This document shows, piece by piece, positions 18,246 to 28,430 of a stretch of DNA of 64,000 nucleotides; position 1 is the first letter of the stretch, and the number at the start of each line of letters is the position of its first letter. Made by a program: the position numbers and the translations under genes. Below the pieces are notes generated by a model. It saw only the letters and a program-made list of their open reading frames with translations. It did no database searches and was not told where the DNA came from. Source of the stretch: Dehalococcoidia bacterium (GTDB lineage: Bacteria > Chloroflexota > Dehalococcoidia > Plut-88900); assembly GCA_965207225.1 (NCBI GenBank), contig CBDBLV010000005.1, forward strand, positions 864,001-928,000. The letters run 5' to 3'.

Positions 18246-19385
18246 CTATTCCAACGTTCGGTCAATCACATATTGGTGCAACCGGTGGGTCAGTTGCTCA
18301 CGGTGGCTGTATCGCCCCCGACCCGCAAGCCGTGACTTCATCCCCCTGTGCGCCGATTCGCATACGGCCGTGTCCTCACTCATTATCTGTACCCGGGCTT
18401 CCTCCAGTTTCGCGGCGGCATCCGCAAAGGCTGGGTGATTCATCGCAGCCTCCGGGAAGCAGCTGCCCATCAATAGACGGCAGCGGTCGGGGCCCAGAGG
18501 CAGGGTGACGCCATAGTTCATGCCTACGGCGTTGTTTATGAGCACCATGTTGGGATAGATGATGACTATGACTAACTCCCGTGCCTGCTCGTCCGAAAGC
18601 GCGGGATTGGGAGGCAGTACCGACTCCCCGGAAAGAGTTTGCGCTTCCCCCGACTTCCGACCTAGCAGCATCTCCCAAGTCTCCTGACTCTCCTGCGGAG
18701 CGAAGGCTTGAGTCGGGAAATAGGGTGCTATCGAACGGGCATGGGCATAGTTGACGTGATATTCCTCGGCGGTATTGTCAACATAGATCTTCCAGTTACA
18801 GGCCAGATCGTATTGCTGCCGGTCATGCAGCTTCATATCTTTCATGTCGTAGGGCGCCAGACGGCTGGACAGACTCTCCAGCCGCTGATCGAACGGTTTG
18901 GCCCCTGGGTCCAGGTTCACGAAAATGAACCCCTCCCACTGGGCCAACTTCAAAGGCGGCAAACAGTAGAGCGATTTCTCGAAATCCCGTGTCCTCTCCA
19001 TGTCCGGCGCCCCGACCAGCTCTCCGGACAAAGAATATGTCCACCCGTGGTACGGGCACTGGAAAAACCGCGCGTTCCCTTCTCCCGACGCCACCAGCGT
19101 CGAGCGGTGACGGCACACCGGCGAGAAAGCGTGCATCTCCCCCGACTGGTCCAGTGAAACGCAGATGGGCGCCTCCGGCCAGTCAACAGTGAAGTAATCG
19201 CCCGGCTTCTGCAGCTGGTCAACCCGCCCGACACACAACCACTCCTTGAGGAAAATGTTCTCTATCTCCCGCTCATAGAACTCGGGCGAAGTAAAGAAAT
19301 AAGGTGGCGGTAAGGAAGAGTCGAGGACTGGAGCCCGCGTCAGTTCAAAATCGTTAGGGACAATCTGGCCTCGGGAGGAAGACAT
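18246..19385 (-). CDS. Rieske non-heme iron oxygenase alpha subunit (choline monooxygenase/CntA-like)
   Basis: CRH..CPYHGW; NWK..N..E.YH....H. Confidence 0.93.
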   Translation of the reverse strand: MSSSRGQIVPNDFELTRAPVLDSSLPPPYFFTSPEFYEREIENIFLKEWLCVGRVDQLQKPGDYFTVDWPEAPICVSLDQSGEMHAFSPVCRHRSTLVASGEGNARFFQCPYHGWTYSLSGELVGAPDMERTRDFEKSLYCLPPLKLAQWEGFIFVNLDPGAKPFDQRLESLSSRLAPYDMKDMKLHDRQQYDLACNWKIYVDNTAEEYHVNYAHARSIAPYFPTQAFAPQESQETWEMLLGRKSGEAQTLSGESVLPPNPALSDEQARELVIVIIYPNMVLINNAVGMNYGVTLPLGPDRCRLLMGSCFPEAAMNHPAFADAAAKLEEARVQIMSEDTAVCESAHRGMKSRLAGRGRYSHREQLTHRLHQYVIDRTLE

Positions 19386-19407
19386 GGCAGTGTGTCGGGG
19401 GTTTTGC

Positions 19408-20526
19408 TCAGTCTAGGCTGAACCCGTACAACTTCGCGGCATTCCCCCCGACTATCTTCCGCATCTCCCCCTCCGGTAGATCAGCGAAGGTGCGGGTAAT
19501 GACCTCTCGGGAGTGAGGAAACGTACCCTCGTCGTGGGGATAGTCGCTGCCCCACATCAAACAGTCGACCCCCGTCACGTCCCGGTTCCTCAGTCCAATC
19601 ACGTCGTCCCCGAAGGTCACGTATCCTTGCCTCTTCCAGTACTCACTGGGCTTCATTGTCAGCTTTGGCTCGTGCCACATGTGCCGCTTTTCGTATAACT
19701 CATCGAGCACCAGCAGGTACCAGGCAAGCCATCCAATGCCGCATTCTACGAGGACGAAGTTGAGGTCGGGGTGGCGTTCCAGGACGCCGGCGGCAGTTAG
19801 CATGGTCATGGGGCTCATGCCTTCGGTCATCCCCAGCCCGATGTAAATCATGTCTGCCCCGTAGGAATGGACTTCACCACGGTCTTCCGGAATCTGATTC
19901 CCTGCCCGGGTGAAGACATGAAAACTCAGAGGCACTTTCAGTTCGTCCATGGCGTCCCAGAAGGGTTCGTAGTCGGGTCTGTTGTAGGGTAGGTCTGGCA
20001 TTCCGACTGGCAGTGAAAAGGACCGGTATCCGAGCTTCGATGTCCTCTTCGCCTCCGTTATGGCCTCCTCGATGTCCGCCATTGGGATGCACGCAGACGG
20101 GACGAACCTGTCCATGTTTCCGGTGAAGGTTTCGTGGTACCAGTCGTTATACATGGCGCAGAATCCGGTCTGGTAGCCGGGATCGGGCGCAGTTAGGGCG
20201 CTGAAAATAGCTTGGGGATAGATGACCTCTGCACTCACACCGTCTTCCTCGAGGTCTGCAATCCTCAGCGGGATGTCGGTCCCCGAAGCTCGACCACTTC
20301 GCTCTCCCCGTTCATCCCTGAACTCCCTGCGCTTGTCCTCCTCAGTCAACCGGGAGGCGGCTACGTCCAGCCTGATGGGCCGCTGACCTTCCTGAACAAG
20401 GTAGGATGCGCCATTTCGTTTCTCCACGCGAGGGGCTCGGGCTCGCAGGTCGGCTGGTAGCCTTTCGAAAATATCGTCCGGCTCCATTGCATGGGAATCC
20501 GCCGATATGATCTTCATTTCCGACAT
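19408..20526 (-). CDS. Amidohydrolase_2 family protein
   Basis: ISADSH, VECGIGW, WGSDYPH. Confidence 0.92.
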   Translation of the reverse strand: MSEMKIISADSHAMEPDDIFERLPADLRARAPRVEKRNGASYLVQEGQRPIRLDVAASRLTEEDKRREFRDERGERSGRASGTDIPLRIADLEEDGVSAEVIYPQAIFSALTAPDPGYQTGFCAMYNDWYHETFTGNMDRFVPSACIPMADIEEAITEAKRTSKLGYRSFSLPVGMPDLPYNRPDYEPFWDAMDELKVPLSFHVFTRAGNQIPEDRGEVHSYGADMIYIGLGMTEGMSPMTMLTAAGVLERHPDLNFVLVECGIGWLAWYLLVLDELYEKRHMWHEPKLTMKPSEYWKRQGYVTFGDDVIGLRNRDVTGVDCLMWGSDYPHDEGTFPHSREVITRTFADLPEGEMRKIVGGNAAKLYGFSLD

Positions 20527-20662
20527 GAAGCATCCTCCTTCATTGCCTTGCTGATTAAGGAAAGTATCTCACATGGGTGCTATGCCCGATACAGGAGCCG
20601 TCCCCTCGTTCCTGTACAATGCCTTTCGATTCCACGAAGGCCTGAAAACTAAAGGCGCAACC

Positions 20663-21781
20663 ATGAAGGTAGAACGGATAGGAGAGTCGGGGGCGCTGTC
20701 CCAGAAGACACGGGCCGGGGCCTGGATTTTCGTATCTGGGCAAAGGCCCAAGTCCGAAAATGGGTCCACCCTCGGATTAGGTGACTTCGAAGCCCAGGCA
20801 GATGCTGCCCTCGAGTCCCTCGCCCAGACCCTCAACCAGGCCGGCGCCACTCTCTCCGATGTCGTGAAACTCACTGCTTACGTGGTAAGGCCGCGGGATA
20901 TCGATAGGTTCTCCGACGTCTGCGTCCGCACCTTCCCCACCCAGCCCCCCACCGGGACTACAGTAGCAGTGTCCTCCCTTCAGGACCCCGACGCCCTGAT
21001 CGAAATCGAAGCCTCTGCTTACCTCAAATCTGAGAGCAACAAGTCCATCGCCTGGTCACATTTCCGCACTGGTCCCTTCTCTGAGAGGGTCAGGTGCGGG
21101 AACACTATTCTCATTTCCGGCCAAACGGCTAGGACGCCCTCAGCGGACTTCGCCACCCAGCTTTACAGTGTGTATGACAAGATCAACGAGGGCCTGGCCC
21201 GTTTAGGTGCCGAGCAGAAACACCTCGTCAAGATTAACTACTTTATCGCCAACCCCCTCTACTACCGCCAGCTCTACCGCATCCGCGAAGAGGTTTTCAA
21301 ATTGGACTGGCCCGGCGACTCCGTAATCTCCGTCCGGGCCCTGGACGAGCCTGGTGTATTGGTTGAATGCGACGCCGTGGCCCTCGCCCCGACCTCAAAA
21401 GCCGAATTCGTCAACTCCCCCGACCTTCCCCCTCCCTTCAACTTTAGTAACGTTGTAGTCGCCGATGGTCTTGCCTACGTGTCTGGTCAGGTGGCTCGGG
21501 ACAAACACAAGAACTTGGTGTTGCCCGGAGACTTCGGGGCGCAGTTCAGGCAGGCGCTTGGTAACATCGAGATAGCCCTCAACTCCATCGGGTGCTCGCT
21601 CGATGAAGCGGTCAAGCTCTCTTGCTTCATCAGCCATCCCGCCTACTTCGAAGAGTCGTTGGCGATAAGAAGGGAGGTGTTCGGGGTGAGAGCGCCTGCG
21701 GTCACCACCGTGTCCGTAGACAGCATGGGCGGCTTCCCGGAGGCCCTCTGCGAAGTAGACGCCATCGCCGCTATTCCCTGA
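20663..21781 (+). CDS. Triple-domain Rid (YjgF/UK114) family protein
   Basis: Three repeats of xSGQ..VKx..(I/C)E.(E/D)A. Confidence 0.88.
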   Translation: MKVERIGESGALSQKTRAGAWIFVSGQRPKSENGSTLGLGDFEAQADAALESLAQTLNQAGATLSDVVKLTAYVVRPRDIDRFSDVCVRTFPTQPPTGTTVAVSSLQDPDALIEIEASAYLKSESNKSIAWSHFRTGPFSERVRCGNTILISGQTARTPSADFATQLYSVYDKINEGLARLGAEQKHLVKINYFIANPLYYRQLYRIREEVFKLDWPGDSVISVRALDEPGVLVECDAVALAPTSKAEFVNSPDLPPPFNFSNVVVADGLAYVSGQVARDKHKNLVLPGDFGAQFRQALGNIEIALNSIGCSLDEAVKLSCFISHPAYFEESLAIRREVFGVRAPAVTTVSVDSMGGFPEALCEVDAIAAIP

Positions 21782-21812
21782 TCACACAGTGTAAGAGACA
21801 CAGTCTGCCATT

Positions 21813-23276
21813 ATGGACTGGATAACCCGGTACAACAGAAGCGTCGTATCCCCCGAAGAGGCCGTCGAAATCGTGAAGCCCGGCGCCCGGGTCATGCTCG
21901 ACCCCAGCGTCACCAACGACATCCCCAATGCTCTTGCCGCCCGAGGCGGTGAACTGTCTGACGTCAGGATAATGTTCCAGGGCCCCTTTGAGGAGCAGGA
22001 CTGGCTTAAGGAAGGATACGAAGGTGGCTTCGACCTCGTTGGACAGTTCTATCTCGGGGCGTTCTCCCGACCAGTTCACGACAGAAGGCGGATGGACTAC
22101 TACCCCATGATCATGTCCCACCAGTTTAAGCCCTACGTCGAGAGGAGAGAGCCCCAATTTGAGGCGGACGTGGCCATCATCCACGTCTCAACGCCCGACG
22201 AACTGGGCTACTGCAGCTTCGGCGCAGGCATCTGGGACTGCCGTAGATGGGCCCAGACAGCAGAGAAAGTCATTGCCCAGCACGACCCCACCTTCATCCG
22301 AACCTACGGCGACAACTACATCCACTTGTCGAATATCGACAGATCGGTGCATTACACGCCCGTTGAAATAACCGTAGAAGAGGCGATGGCAATCATAGAA
22401 GGGGTAGAGGACGCCGAAGTTAAGGCGGCGATGTTGAGATTCCTGCCTGATATGTCGGGAGTGGAGCGAGAGAAATGGGCCCCCTACCTTTGCAGCAAGA
22501 GCATCGCGGAAGTGCATGCCATAGCCCAGGACTTGGGCTGGGGAGACCCTCCGGAGGAGGACAAACCTTTCGCAGACTACGTTGCGGAGCTGGTACCCGA
22601 TGGGAGCACCATACAGATAGGCGTCGGCACCCCGGGCCGCTACCTGCCCAGGCTCGGCGCATTTGACTCGAAGAAGGATCTGGGCTGGCATTCGGAAATG
22701 GCATGCCCAGGAGTATTGGATCTGGTAAAGACAGGCATCATCAACGGCAGCCACAAGACCATTCACAGGGATAAACTCATCGGCACCAGCGTACACGGCT
22801 CCAGTCCCAGTGAGATACAGTGGGCCCACATGAACCCATTGATAGAACTCTACGACGCCGAGTACGTCATCAATGTCCACACCGTGGCCGCCCACGACAA
22901 CTACCGGGCCATCAACAACGCCATCAGCGTGGACCTGACAGGCCAGATTAACTCGGAGACCATCGGCACCCGACTTTGGAACGGAACTGGCGGACAGACC
23001 GAGCTGCACCTGGGTGCCGTTCTATCGAAAGGTGGTATGGCGATCACGTTGTTGCGGTCTACGGCGTTAGGGGGTGAGGTGTCACGGATAGTCCCCCAGC
23101 TTCCGGAAGGCGGCGTTGTTACTATCCCCCGCACTTTCGCCGACACCGTTGTAACGGAATTCGGCATCGCGAGGCTCCTTGGCAAGTCCCAGAGGGAACG
23201 CGCAGAAGAGATGATCTCCGTTGCCCACCCCGACTTCCGAACTGACCTCCATAAAGCAGCTCAAGGGCTCTTCTAG
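21813..23276 (+). CDS. Acetyl-CoA hydrolase / 4-hydroxybutyrate CoA-transferase family
   Basis: DGSTIQIGVG, HSEM, VDLTGQ, GTGGQ, VAHPDFR. Confidence 0.92.
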   Translation: MDWITRYNRSVVSPEEAVEIVKPGARVMLDPSVTNDIPNALAARGGELSDVRIMFQGPFEEQDWLKEGYEGGFDLVGQFYLGAFSRPVHDRRRMDYYPMIMSHQFKPYVERREPQFEADVAIIHVSTPDELGYCSFGAGIWDCRRWAQTAEKVIAQHDPTFIRTYGDNYIHLSNIDRSVHYTPVEITVEEAMAIIEGVEDAEVKAAMLRFLPDMSGVEREKWAPYLCSKSIAEVHAIAQDLGWGDPPEEDKPFADYVAELVPDGSTIQIGVGTPGRYLPRLGAFDSKKDLGWHSEMACPGVLDLVKTGIINGSHKTIHRDKLIGTSVHGSSPSEIQWAHMNPLIELYDAEYVINVHTVAAHDNYRAINNAISVDLTGQINSETIGTRLWNGTGGQTELHLGAVLSKGGMAITLLRSTALGGEVSRIVPQLPEGGVVTIPRTFADTVVTEFGIARLLGKSQRERAEEMISVAHPDFRTDLHKAAQGLF

Positions 23277-23324
23277 CCGTGACCCGCTTGCCTGCTCCGC
23301 TATCTATAAAAGAGACGGCCTACT

Positions 23325-23354
23325 TTGACAATAAGACCGCCCTTGCAGTAAAAT
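23325..23354 (+). promoter_or_regulatory. Sigma70 promoter of rplU-rpmA-rpmE
   Basis: TTGACA, 18 bp, TAAAAT. Confidence 0.7.
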
Positions 23355-23371
23355 GGCCGTTCGTGAGCGCA

Positions 23372-23743
23372 ATGAAGGACTACGCAATCTTCCAGTCCGG
23401 TAGCCGGCAGTACAGGGCATCCGTCGGGGACACCCTCGTTCTGGACAAGTTGCCTGTCGAACCTGGCAGCCCCGTAGAATTTGACCAGGTTCTTCTCGTC
23501 TCCAAGAAGGGAGACGTCAGGATCGGCGCCCCAACCCTGTCCGGCGCCAAGGTCAAAGCCCGAGTCTTGGAACAGGGCCGAGACAAAAAAGTAATCGTAT
23601 TCAAGTACAAGTCGAAAATCCGCTACCGCAGGAAGACCGGCCACCGGCAGGACCACACCAAGGTTGCGATTGAAGGAATTAACGTCGGTCGGGCCCGGAA
23701 GTCCAGGGCAAAACAATCAACGAAGAGTGAAGGCGAAGACTGA
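23372..23743 (+). CDS. rplU: 50S ribosomal protein L21
   Basis: [27 protein letters not shown]; alternative in-frame GTG at 23363. Confidence 0.97.
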   Translation: MKDYAIFQSGSRQYRASVGDTLVLDKLPVEPGSPVEFDQVLLVSKKGDVRIGAPTLSGAKVKARVLEQGRDKKVIVFKYKSKIRYRRKTGHRQDHTKVAIEGINVGRARKSRAKQSTKSEGED

Positions 23744-23997
23744 TGGCTCATAAGAAGGGCGGCGGCAGCAGCAGAAACGGCCGAGACAGCCAGGGCCAGA
23801 GGCTCGGGGTGAAGAGATACGGCGGGGAGCTGGTCACGGCGGGATCGATCATCGTGCGACAACGGGGAACTAGGATACACCCGGGAGACAACGTGGGTGT
23901 CGGGAGAGACCATACTCTATTCGCATTGACCGACGGCCGGGTGGAGTTCCAGCGACACTCCAAGTACCGCAAGAAGGTAAGCATAGCCCCTGCATAA
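23743..23997 (+). CDS. rpmA: 50S ribosomal protein L27
   Basis: [16 protein letters not shown]. Confidence 0.99.
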   Translation: MAHKKGGGSSRNGRDSQGQRLGVKRYGGELVTAGSIIVRQRGTRIHPGDNVGVGRDHTLFALTDGRVEFQRHSKYRKKVSIAPA

Positions 23998-24009
23998 CCA
24001 GGCCAGACC

Positions 24010-24213
24010 ATGAAGACGGAAATACACCCGACCTACCAGCGCTGCACTGTCACCTGCGGAAGTTGTGGCACCACCTTCGAAACAGGCTCCACCCTCCCCG
24101 AGATCCGACTGGAGCTCTGCAGCAAGTGCCACCCCTTCTTCACCGGCCAGCAGAGGATCGTGGACAGCGGCGGAAGGGTCGAGCAATTCAAGAGAAGGTA
24201 CGGCATCAAGTAA
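24010..24213 (+). CDS. rpmE: 50S ribosomal protein L31 (Zn-binding type)
   Basis: [21 protein letters not shown]. Confidence 0.98.
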   Translation: MKTEIHPTYQRCTVTCGSCGTTFETGSTLPEIRLELCSKCHPFFTGQQRIVDSGGRVEQFKRRYGIK

Positions 24214-24277
24214 AATTGGTTCTGACCGGTCACCTGAGGGAGCTTGTGTGCTCCCTCTTTTGATTTAAGGAGAAACC

Positions 24278-25204
24278 TTGGCAAAACGGGTCCCCTACGG
24301 CGGCCAGGCCGTCATTGAAGGGGTGATGATACGGGGCAGGAACAACATCGCCATCGCCGTGCGCCGCCCCGACAACGAGATCCAGCTCAAGACCGACCCC
24401 ATCCAGGGCCTCTTCACCGGTACGCTCAAAAAGGTGCCCTTGGTTAGAGGATTCATCACCTTGCTGGAGGTGATGGTCATCGGCACCCGGGCACTGATGT
24501 ACTCGGCCCAGGTGGCTATCGACGAAGCCGAAGACGAGGATGGAAAGAAAGTCGAAGCAGGCTCGGAGACTGGCTTCATGCTGTGGGCTACCATGCTCGT
24601 CGGGCTGGCCTTCGGGATTGCTGTGTTCTTCGTCGGGCCTGTCTTCCTCAACGAGTGGCTGGATGACCGAATAAGCTCGGCGGCGGTGCTGAACGTCATC
24701 GAGGGAGCGGTCAGGCTGGGGTTGTTCCTCGGATATATCATCCTGATAGGCAGGATGAAGGATATCCAGAGAGTGTTCGCCTACCACGGGGCAGAACACA
24801 TGTCGATCCACGCGATGGAGCACGAGGAGGACCTCACCGTAGACAACGTGCGAAAGTACACTACCCTCCACCCGAGATGCGGTACGGCCTTCCTGCTGCT
24901 CGTCGTCCTGATTGCCATTCTAGTGTTCCTGGCCCTCGGACACCCGCCGCTGTGGATCAGGATCGTGTCCCGGATTGCCCTGCTGCCCGTGATAGCCGGC
25001 ATCTCCTACGAGGTGCTCAGGATTCATGGTCGGTATGCGGGCAACCGGCTGTTGAAGGTGCTCCTGGGTCCCGGGCTGCTGCTCCAAATGTTGACGACTC
25101 GGAGACCAGATGACGACCAGATAGAGGTAGCCATCGCCGCCCTCAATGGCGCCATCGCCGCCGACGAGGCTGAAGTCGCTCCCACTCCCGCTCCCGCCTC
25201 CTGA
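24278..25204 (+). CDS. DUF1385 (YqhQ-like) membrane protein
   Basis: YGGQAVIEGVM, YHGAEH, HPRCGT; usual position after rpmE. Confidence 0.95.
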   Translation: MAKRVPYGGQAVIEGVMIRGRNNIAIAVRRPDNEIQLKTDPIQGLFTGTLKKVPLVRGFITLLEVMVIGTRALMYSAQVAIDEAEDEDGKKVEAGSETGFMLWATMLVGLAFGIAVFFVGPVFLNEWLDDRISSAAVLNVIEGAVRLGLFLGYIILIGRMKDIQRVFAYHGAEHMSIHAMEHEEDLTVDNVRKYTTLHPRCGTAFLLLVVLIAILVFLALGHPPLWIRIVSRIALLPVIAGISYEVLRIHGRYAGNRLLKVLLGPGLLLQMLTTRRPDDDQIEVAIAALNGAIAADEAEVAPTPAPAS

Positions 25205-25260
25205 TCCACCGGCCGAGACTGCCCACTCCCTATATCACATCGCCCTATTACCCTGGCGCC

Positions 25261-25869
25261 CTAAGCCCATCCGTCATAGGCCACCACCTCAGAGAGGGGT
25301 TTGCGCTGGGTTGGACCAAAGCGACCCTTCGGGTACCCCAGTGGAATGCAGTAGACCACCTGGGCCTCAGCCGGCATGTTGAAGAGCTCGTGCACCCGAT
25401 CGTCTACGTCCGGATGAAGGGTCGTAAGAACCCCACCGATCCCCTGCCCCCTTGCCGCGAGCAGTAAGTTCTGCGCTGCAGGTATCACCGAGGCCATAGA
25501 CCCCACATCCCGGGAAGTGGCACAGACCAGCACGATGACGGGGGCGTTCCCAATCTCGTCGGCCAGCCTTCTGGCCGACTGGATGGTGCCCTTGCCGGGT
25601 GTGATATCTTTCGGAAAGATGCCTTGGTCCCGGCGCTTGGCCCACCACGCCTCGTGGTAGAGCTTGGCGAATTTCTCCTTCAGGCCCTCGTCCCGGATGA
25701 CAATGAAGCGCCAGGGCTGCAGGTTGGAGCCATTCGGCGCCTTGGTTGCGGCCTCCAGGGCGATATGGATGTCTTCGTCGGGGATCGGATCGGGCCTGAA
25801 GCGCCTTATGGCCCTCTGGGAGAACATCGCCTCGCCGAGGGACATGGTTAGCTTCTCTTCGCTGTTCAC
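25261..25869 (-). CDS. Nitroreductase family protein
   Basis: RAIRRF, APNGSNLQPW, AQNLLLAAR, PLGYP; GTG start with AAGGAGGT. Confidence 0.92.
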   Translation of the reverse strand: MNSEEKLTMSLGEAMFSQRAIRRFRPDPIPDEDIHIALEAATKAPNGSNLQPWRFIVIRDEGLKEKFAKLYHEAWWAKRRDQGIFPKDITPGKGTIQSARRLADEIGNAPVIVLVCATSRDVGSMASVIPAAQNLLLAARGQGIGGVLTTLHPDVDDRVHELFNMPAEAQVVYCIPLGYPKGRFGPTQRKPLSEVVAYDGWA

Positions 25870-26002
25870 TGGATACCTCCTTGAGAGCACGCAGTAAATC
25901 TTGCCGGTGGTCTGCCATGGGCATTCTACTCAATTTCCTGGTGTGGGGGATGGGGCGTGTACAATACGGAGCACTAACGACCCAGAAACCGGAGCTCTAT
26001 AC

Positions 26003-27070
26003 ATGCCAATACTGACCGCCCAACAACTAAGGGACGTAGTCTACGAAATACTAGTTACCGCAGGGGCCACAGAGGATACGGCCGACACCGTTGCCGTCCA
26101 CCTCGCCGATGCCAACCTTACCGGCCACGACTCCCACGGCCTGATCCGAATCCCCGACTATGTTCAGAGAATAGAGGAGGGCCGCGTAGACCCTCAGGCC
26201 GAGCCAGCAATCGCCTACGAGCATAAGGCTGTCGCAAGCGTAGATGGACACGGTGTATTCGGCCAGGTCGGAGCGAAGTTCGCAACGGAGACGGCCATAC
26301 GCCTCGCCCGGGAGTACGGGATAGGCATGGTGACTATGTTCAATATCGCTCACTCAGGGCGATTCGGAACGTACCCGGAAATGGCAGCAAGACAGGGCAT
26401 GGCTGCCATCATGTTTGGCGGCAACCAGCTGGACAACGACTACGGGGTAGCCCCCTACGGCGGAACCAAAGGCCGTCTGGGGACAAACCCCTTTTCAATG
26501 GCGTTTCCCCACTCGGACGGTCGGGTGATTCTGCTGGACTTCGCAACTTCCGAGACGGCGGTGGGCAAGGTCAGGGTCTACCAGGCCAGGTCACAATCAC
26601 TGCCTGGCGAATGGCTATTGGACTCCGAGGGTAGGCCCAGCAGCGACCCCGAAGACTACTTCAACAATGGGACTATACTGCCCCTGGGCGGTTTGAGCAC
26701 CGGGCACAAAGGTTTCGCCCTGAGCATGTTCATGTTCCTCCTGGGAAGGACCCTCGGCCAGGACTCTCCAATCTCGTTTGAGGGGCAAGGACGATCCGTA
26801 GGGGACTCAACAATCATCGTCATTGACGTAAGCCGACTGAGAGAAGGTGACGGGCTAGCCAAGGACGTGGAATCGGTAATCGACTACACCAAGGACACGC
26901 CACTGATGTCGGGGTTCGATGAAATTCTTTACCCGGGCGAGAAAGAGGCGCGTATACGTAAGGAAAGACAAACAAACGGAGTCGAGGTGGAGGACGCCAC
27001 CTGGGCGCGGGTGCGCGCCACCATCGACCGGCTGGATATTGCGGACAAGCTGCCCGGCGTACCGGGCTAA
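26003..27070 (+). CDS. Ldh_2 (malate/L-lactate/ureidoglycolate dehydrogenase) family oxidoreductase
   Basis: GHDSHG, LGTNP, LDFATS, HKGFAL, YPGEKE. Confidence 0.92.
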   Translation: MPILTAQQLRDVVYEILVTAGATEDTADTVAVHLADANLTGHDSHGLIRIPDYVQRIEEGRVDPQAEPAIAYEHKAVASVDGHGVFGQVGAKFATETAIRLAREYGIGMVTMFNIAHSGRFGTYPEMAARQGMAAIMFGGNQLDNDYGVAPYGGTKGRLGTNPFSMAFPHSDGRVILLDFATSETAVGKVRVYQARSQSLPGEWLLDSEGRPSSDPEDYFNNGTILPLGGLSTGHKGFALSMFMFLLGRTLGQDSPISFEGQGRSVGDSTIIVIDVSRLREGDGLAKDVESVIDYTKDTPLMSGFDEILYPGEKEARIRKERQTNGVEVEDATWARVRATIDRLDIADKLPGVPG

Positions 27071-27143
27071 TCGACACCCCGAGGATTGTTCCAGTTTGTA
27101 GACTGGCGACCACCTAGACGCGTTCGCGTATCGGAGGGCAACT

Positions 27144-28280
27144 ATGATCATAGACGGCCACAACTACTGCTTCCCCCAGATGGACCTGCCCCAAGGCTAC
27201 GACACCCTTGCCGAAAAGATGCGCATGCTCCAGTCGGAATACGGAGGCCACTATCAGCCGCCGTGGCGCGTGCGAGACCGGAAGCGGTTCGACAACTCGG
27301 TGCTGGTCGACCCCGAGACCGGGCAACTGAGGGACATAAGGTGGACCCGTCATAACGGCAACATCGCATGGGAGTACGAGGGTGAGATTTACACGAAGCA
27401 GCACACCCCGCCCATGCTGCACAACCTGGAGTGCTCCGCCGAGGTGATGCTTGCGGAAATGGACTACGCCGGCATTGACATGGGAGTTCTGCATACATAT
27501 CCAACCATGGGACACCCGACCCACCTGAACGCATACATTCGAGACATCACCACCCGGTTCCCGGACAGGTTCCGTCGCACCGTCTACCTGAGAGAGGCCT
27601 CCATCCCCAACGATCCCGAAGCTGCGATCAAAGCGCTGGACCGGGAGCTGGCGGCGGGAGGCGTTGTCGGGTACCAGTTCATCCCTGGGTACTACTACAA
27701 CCCCAGCGGCGGCGTTGAAGAAGGGCACGATGTACCCTGGGACAGCGGCCCCATGCGCCCCTTCTGGGACGCTCTTGCCGAGCGGAACGTGCCCGTGTAC
27801 TTCACGTTAATCGGGGGCACGGCTGGAGGGACTTACCAGGCTTCCTGGACCGACGCCTACATAGAACAGCAGCGAATCATGGTTCGGTGGATGGAACGCT
27901 ACCCGCACCTGACCGCCATGATAACCCACGGCTTCCCGTGGATGCCCTTTATGCAAGGAGAGAGAATAGTCTTCCCCGAAGAGATATGGGAGCCATTCCA
28001 GTCGCGGAACTGCTACATGCAGATAGTGATAGTGATTCAGGTCGGGCGGAAGTGGGAGTACCCGTGGAAGGAAACGGAGTCGGCGCTGCAGGAGTGTGTG
28101 GACCGCATTGGATCAGACCGGCTTATCTGGGGCACCGACATGCCAATGGTGGCCCGATTCTGCACTTATACTCAGTGCCTGGACCAATTCCGAAAACACT
28201 GTGATTTCCTGACCGACGAGCAACGCGCAGACATCCTCGGAGGCACTGCTGCAAGACTGATGGGGGTGCAATTGGCGTAG
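27144..28280 (+). CDS. Amidohydrolase_2 family protein
   Basis: IIDGHN, LIWGTDMP, ILGGTAARL. Confidence 0.88.
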   Translation: MIIDGHNYCFPQMDLPQGYDTLAEKMRMLQSEYGGHYQPPWRVRDRKRFDNSVLVDPETGQLRDIRWTRHNGNIAWEYEGEIYTKQHTPPMLHNLECSAEVMLAEMDYAGIDMGVLHTYPTMGHPTHLNAYIRDITTRFPDRFRRTVYLREASIPNDPEAAIKALDRELAAGGVVGYQFIPGYYYNPSGGVEEGHDVPWDSGPMRPFWDALAERNVPVYFTLIGGTAGGTYQASWTDAYIEQQRIMVRWMERYPHLTAMITHGFPWMPFMQGERIVFPEEIWEPFQSRNCYMQIVIVIQVGRKWEYPWKETESALQECVDRIGSDRLIWGTDMPMVARFCTYTQCLDQFRKHCDFLTDEQRADILGGTAARLMGVQLA

Positions 28281-28313
28281 GGCTCGGCGCACCACGAACA
28301 GACCGCATTTCTC

Positions 28314-28344
28314 GAGGCCCTGTGCTTAAGTTGCACAGGGCCTC
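28314..28344. terminator. 12-bp stem-loop, terminator-like
   Basis: GAGGCCCTGTGC-ttaagtt-GCACAGGGCCTC downstream of the stop codon. Confidence 0.55.
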
Positions 28345-28430
28345 TTGACAGGTGCCTGTGGTATCATCGTGCGCACGGCAATCGGGAAGGAATTGCCCGG
28401 TCAATAGCTGAACAATGGAGGTGGCCCTAT

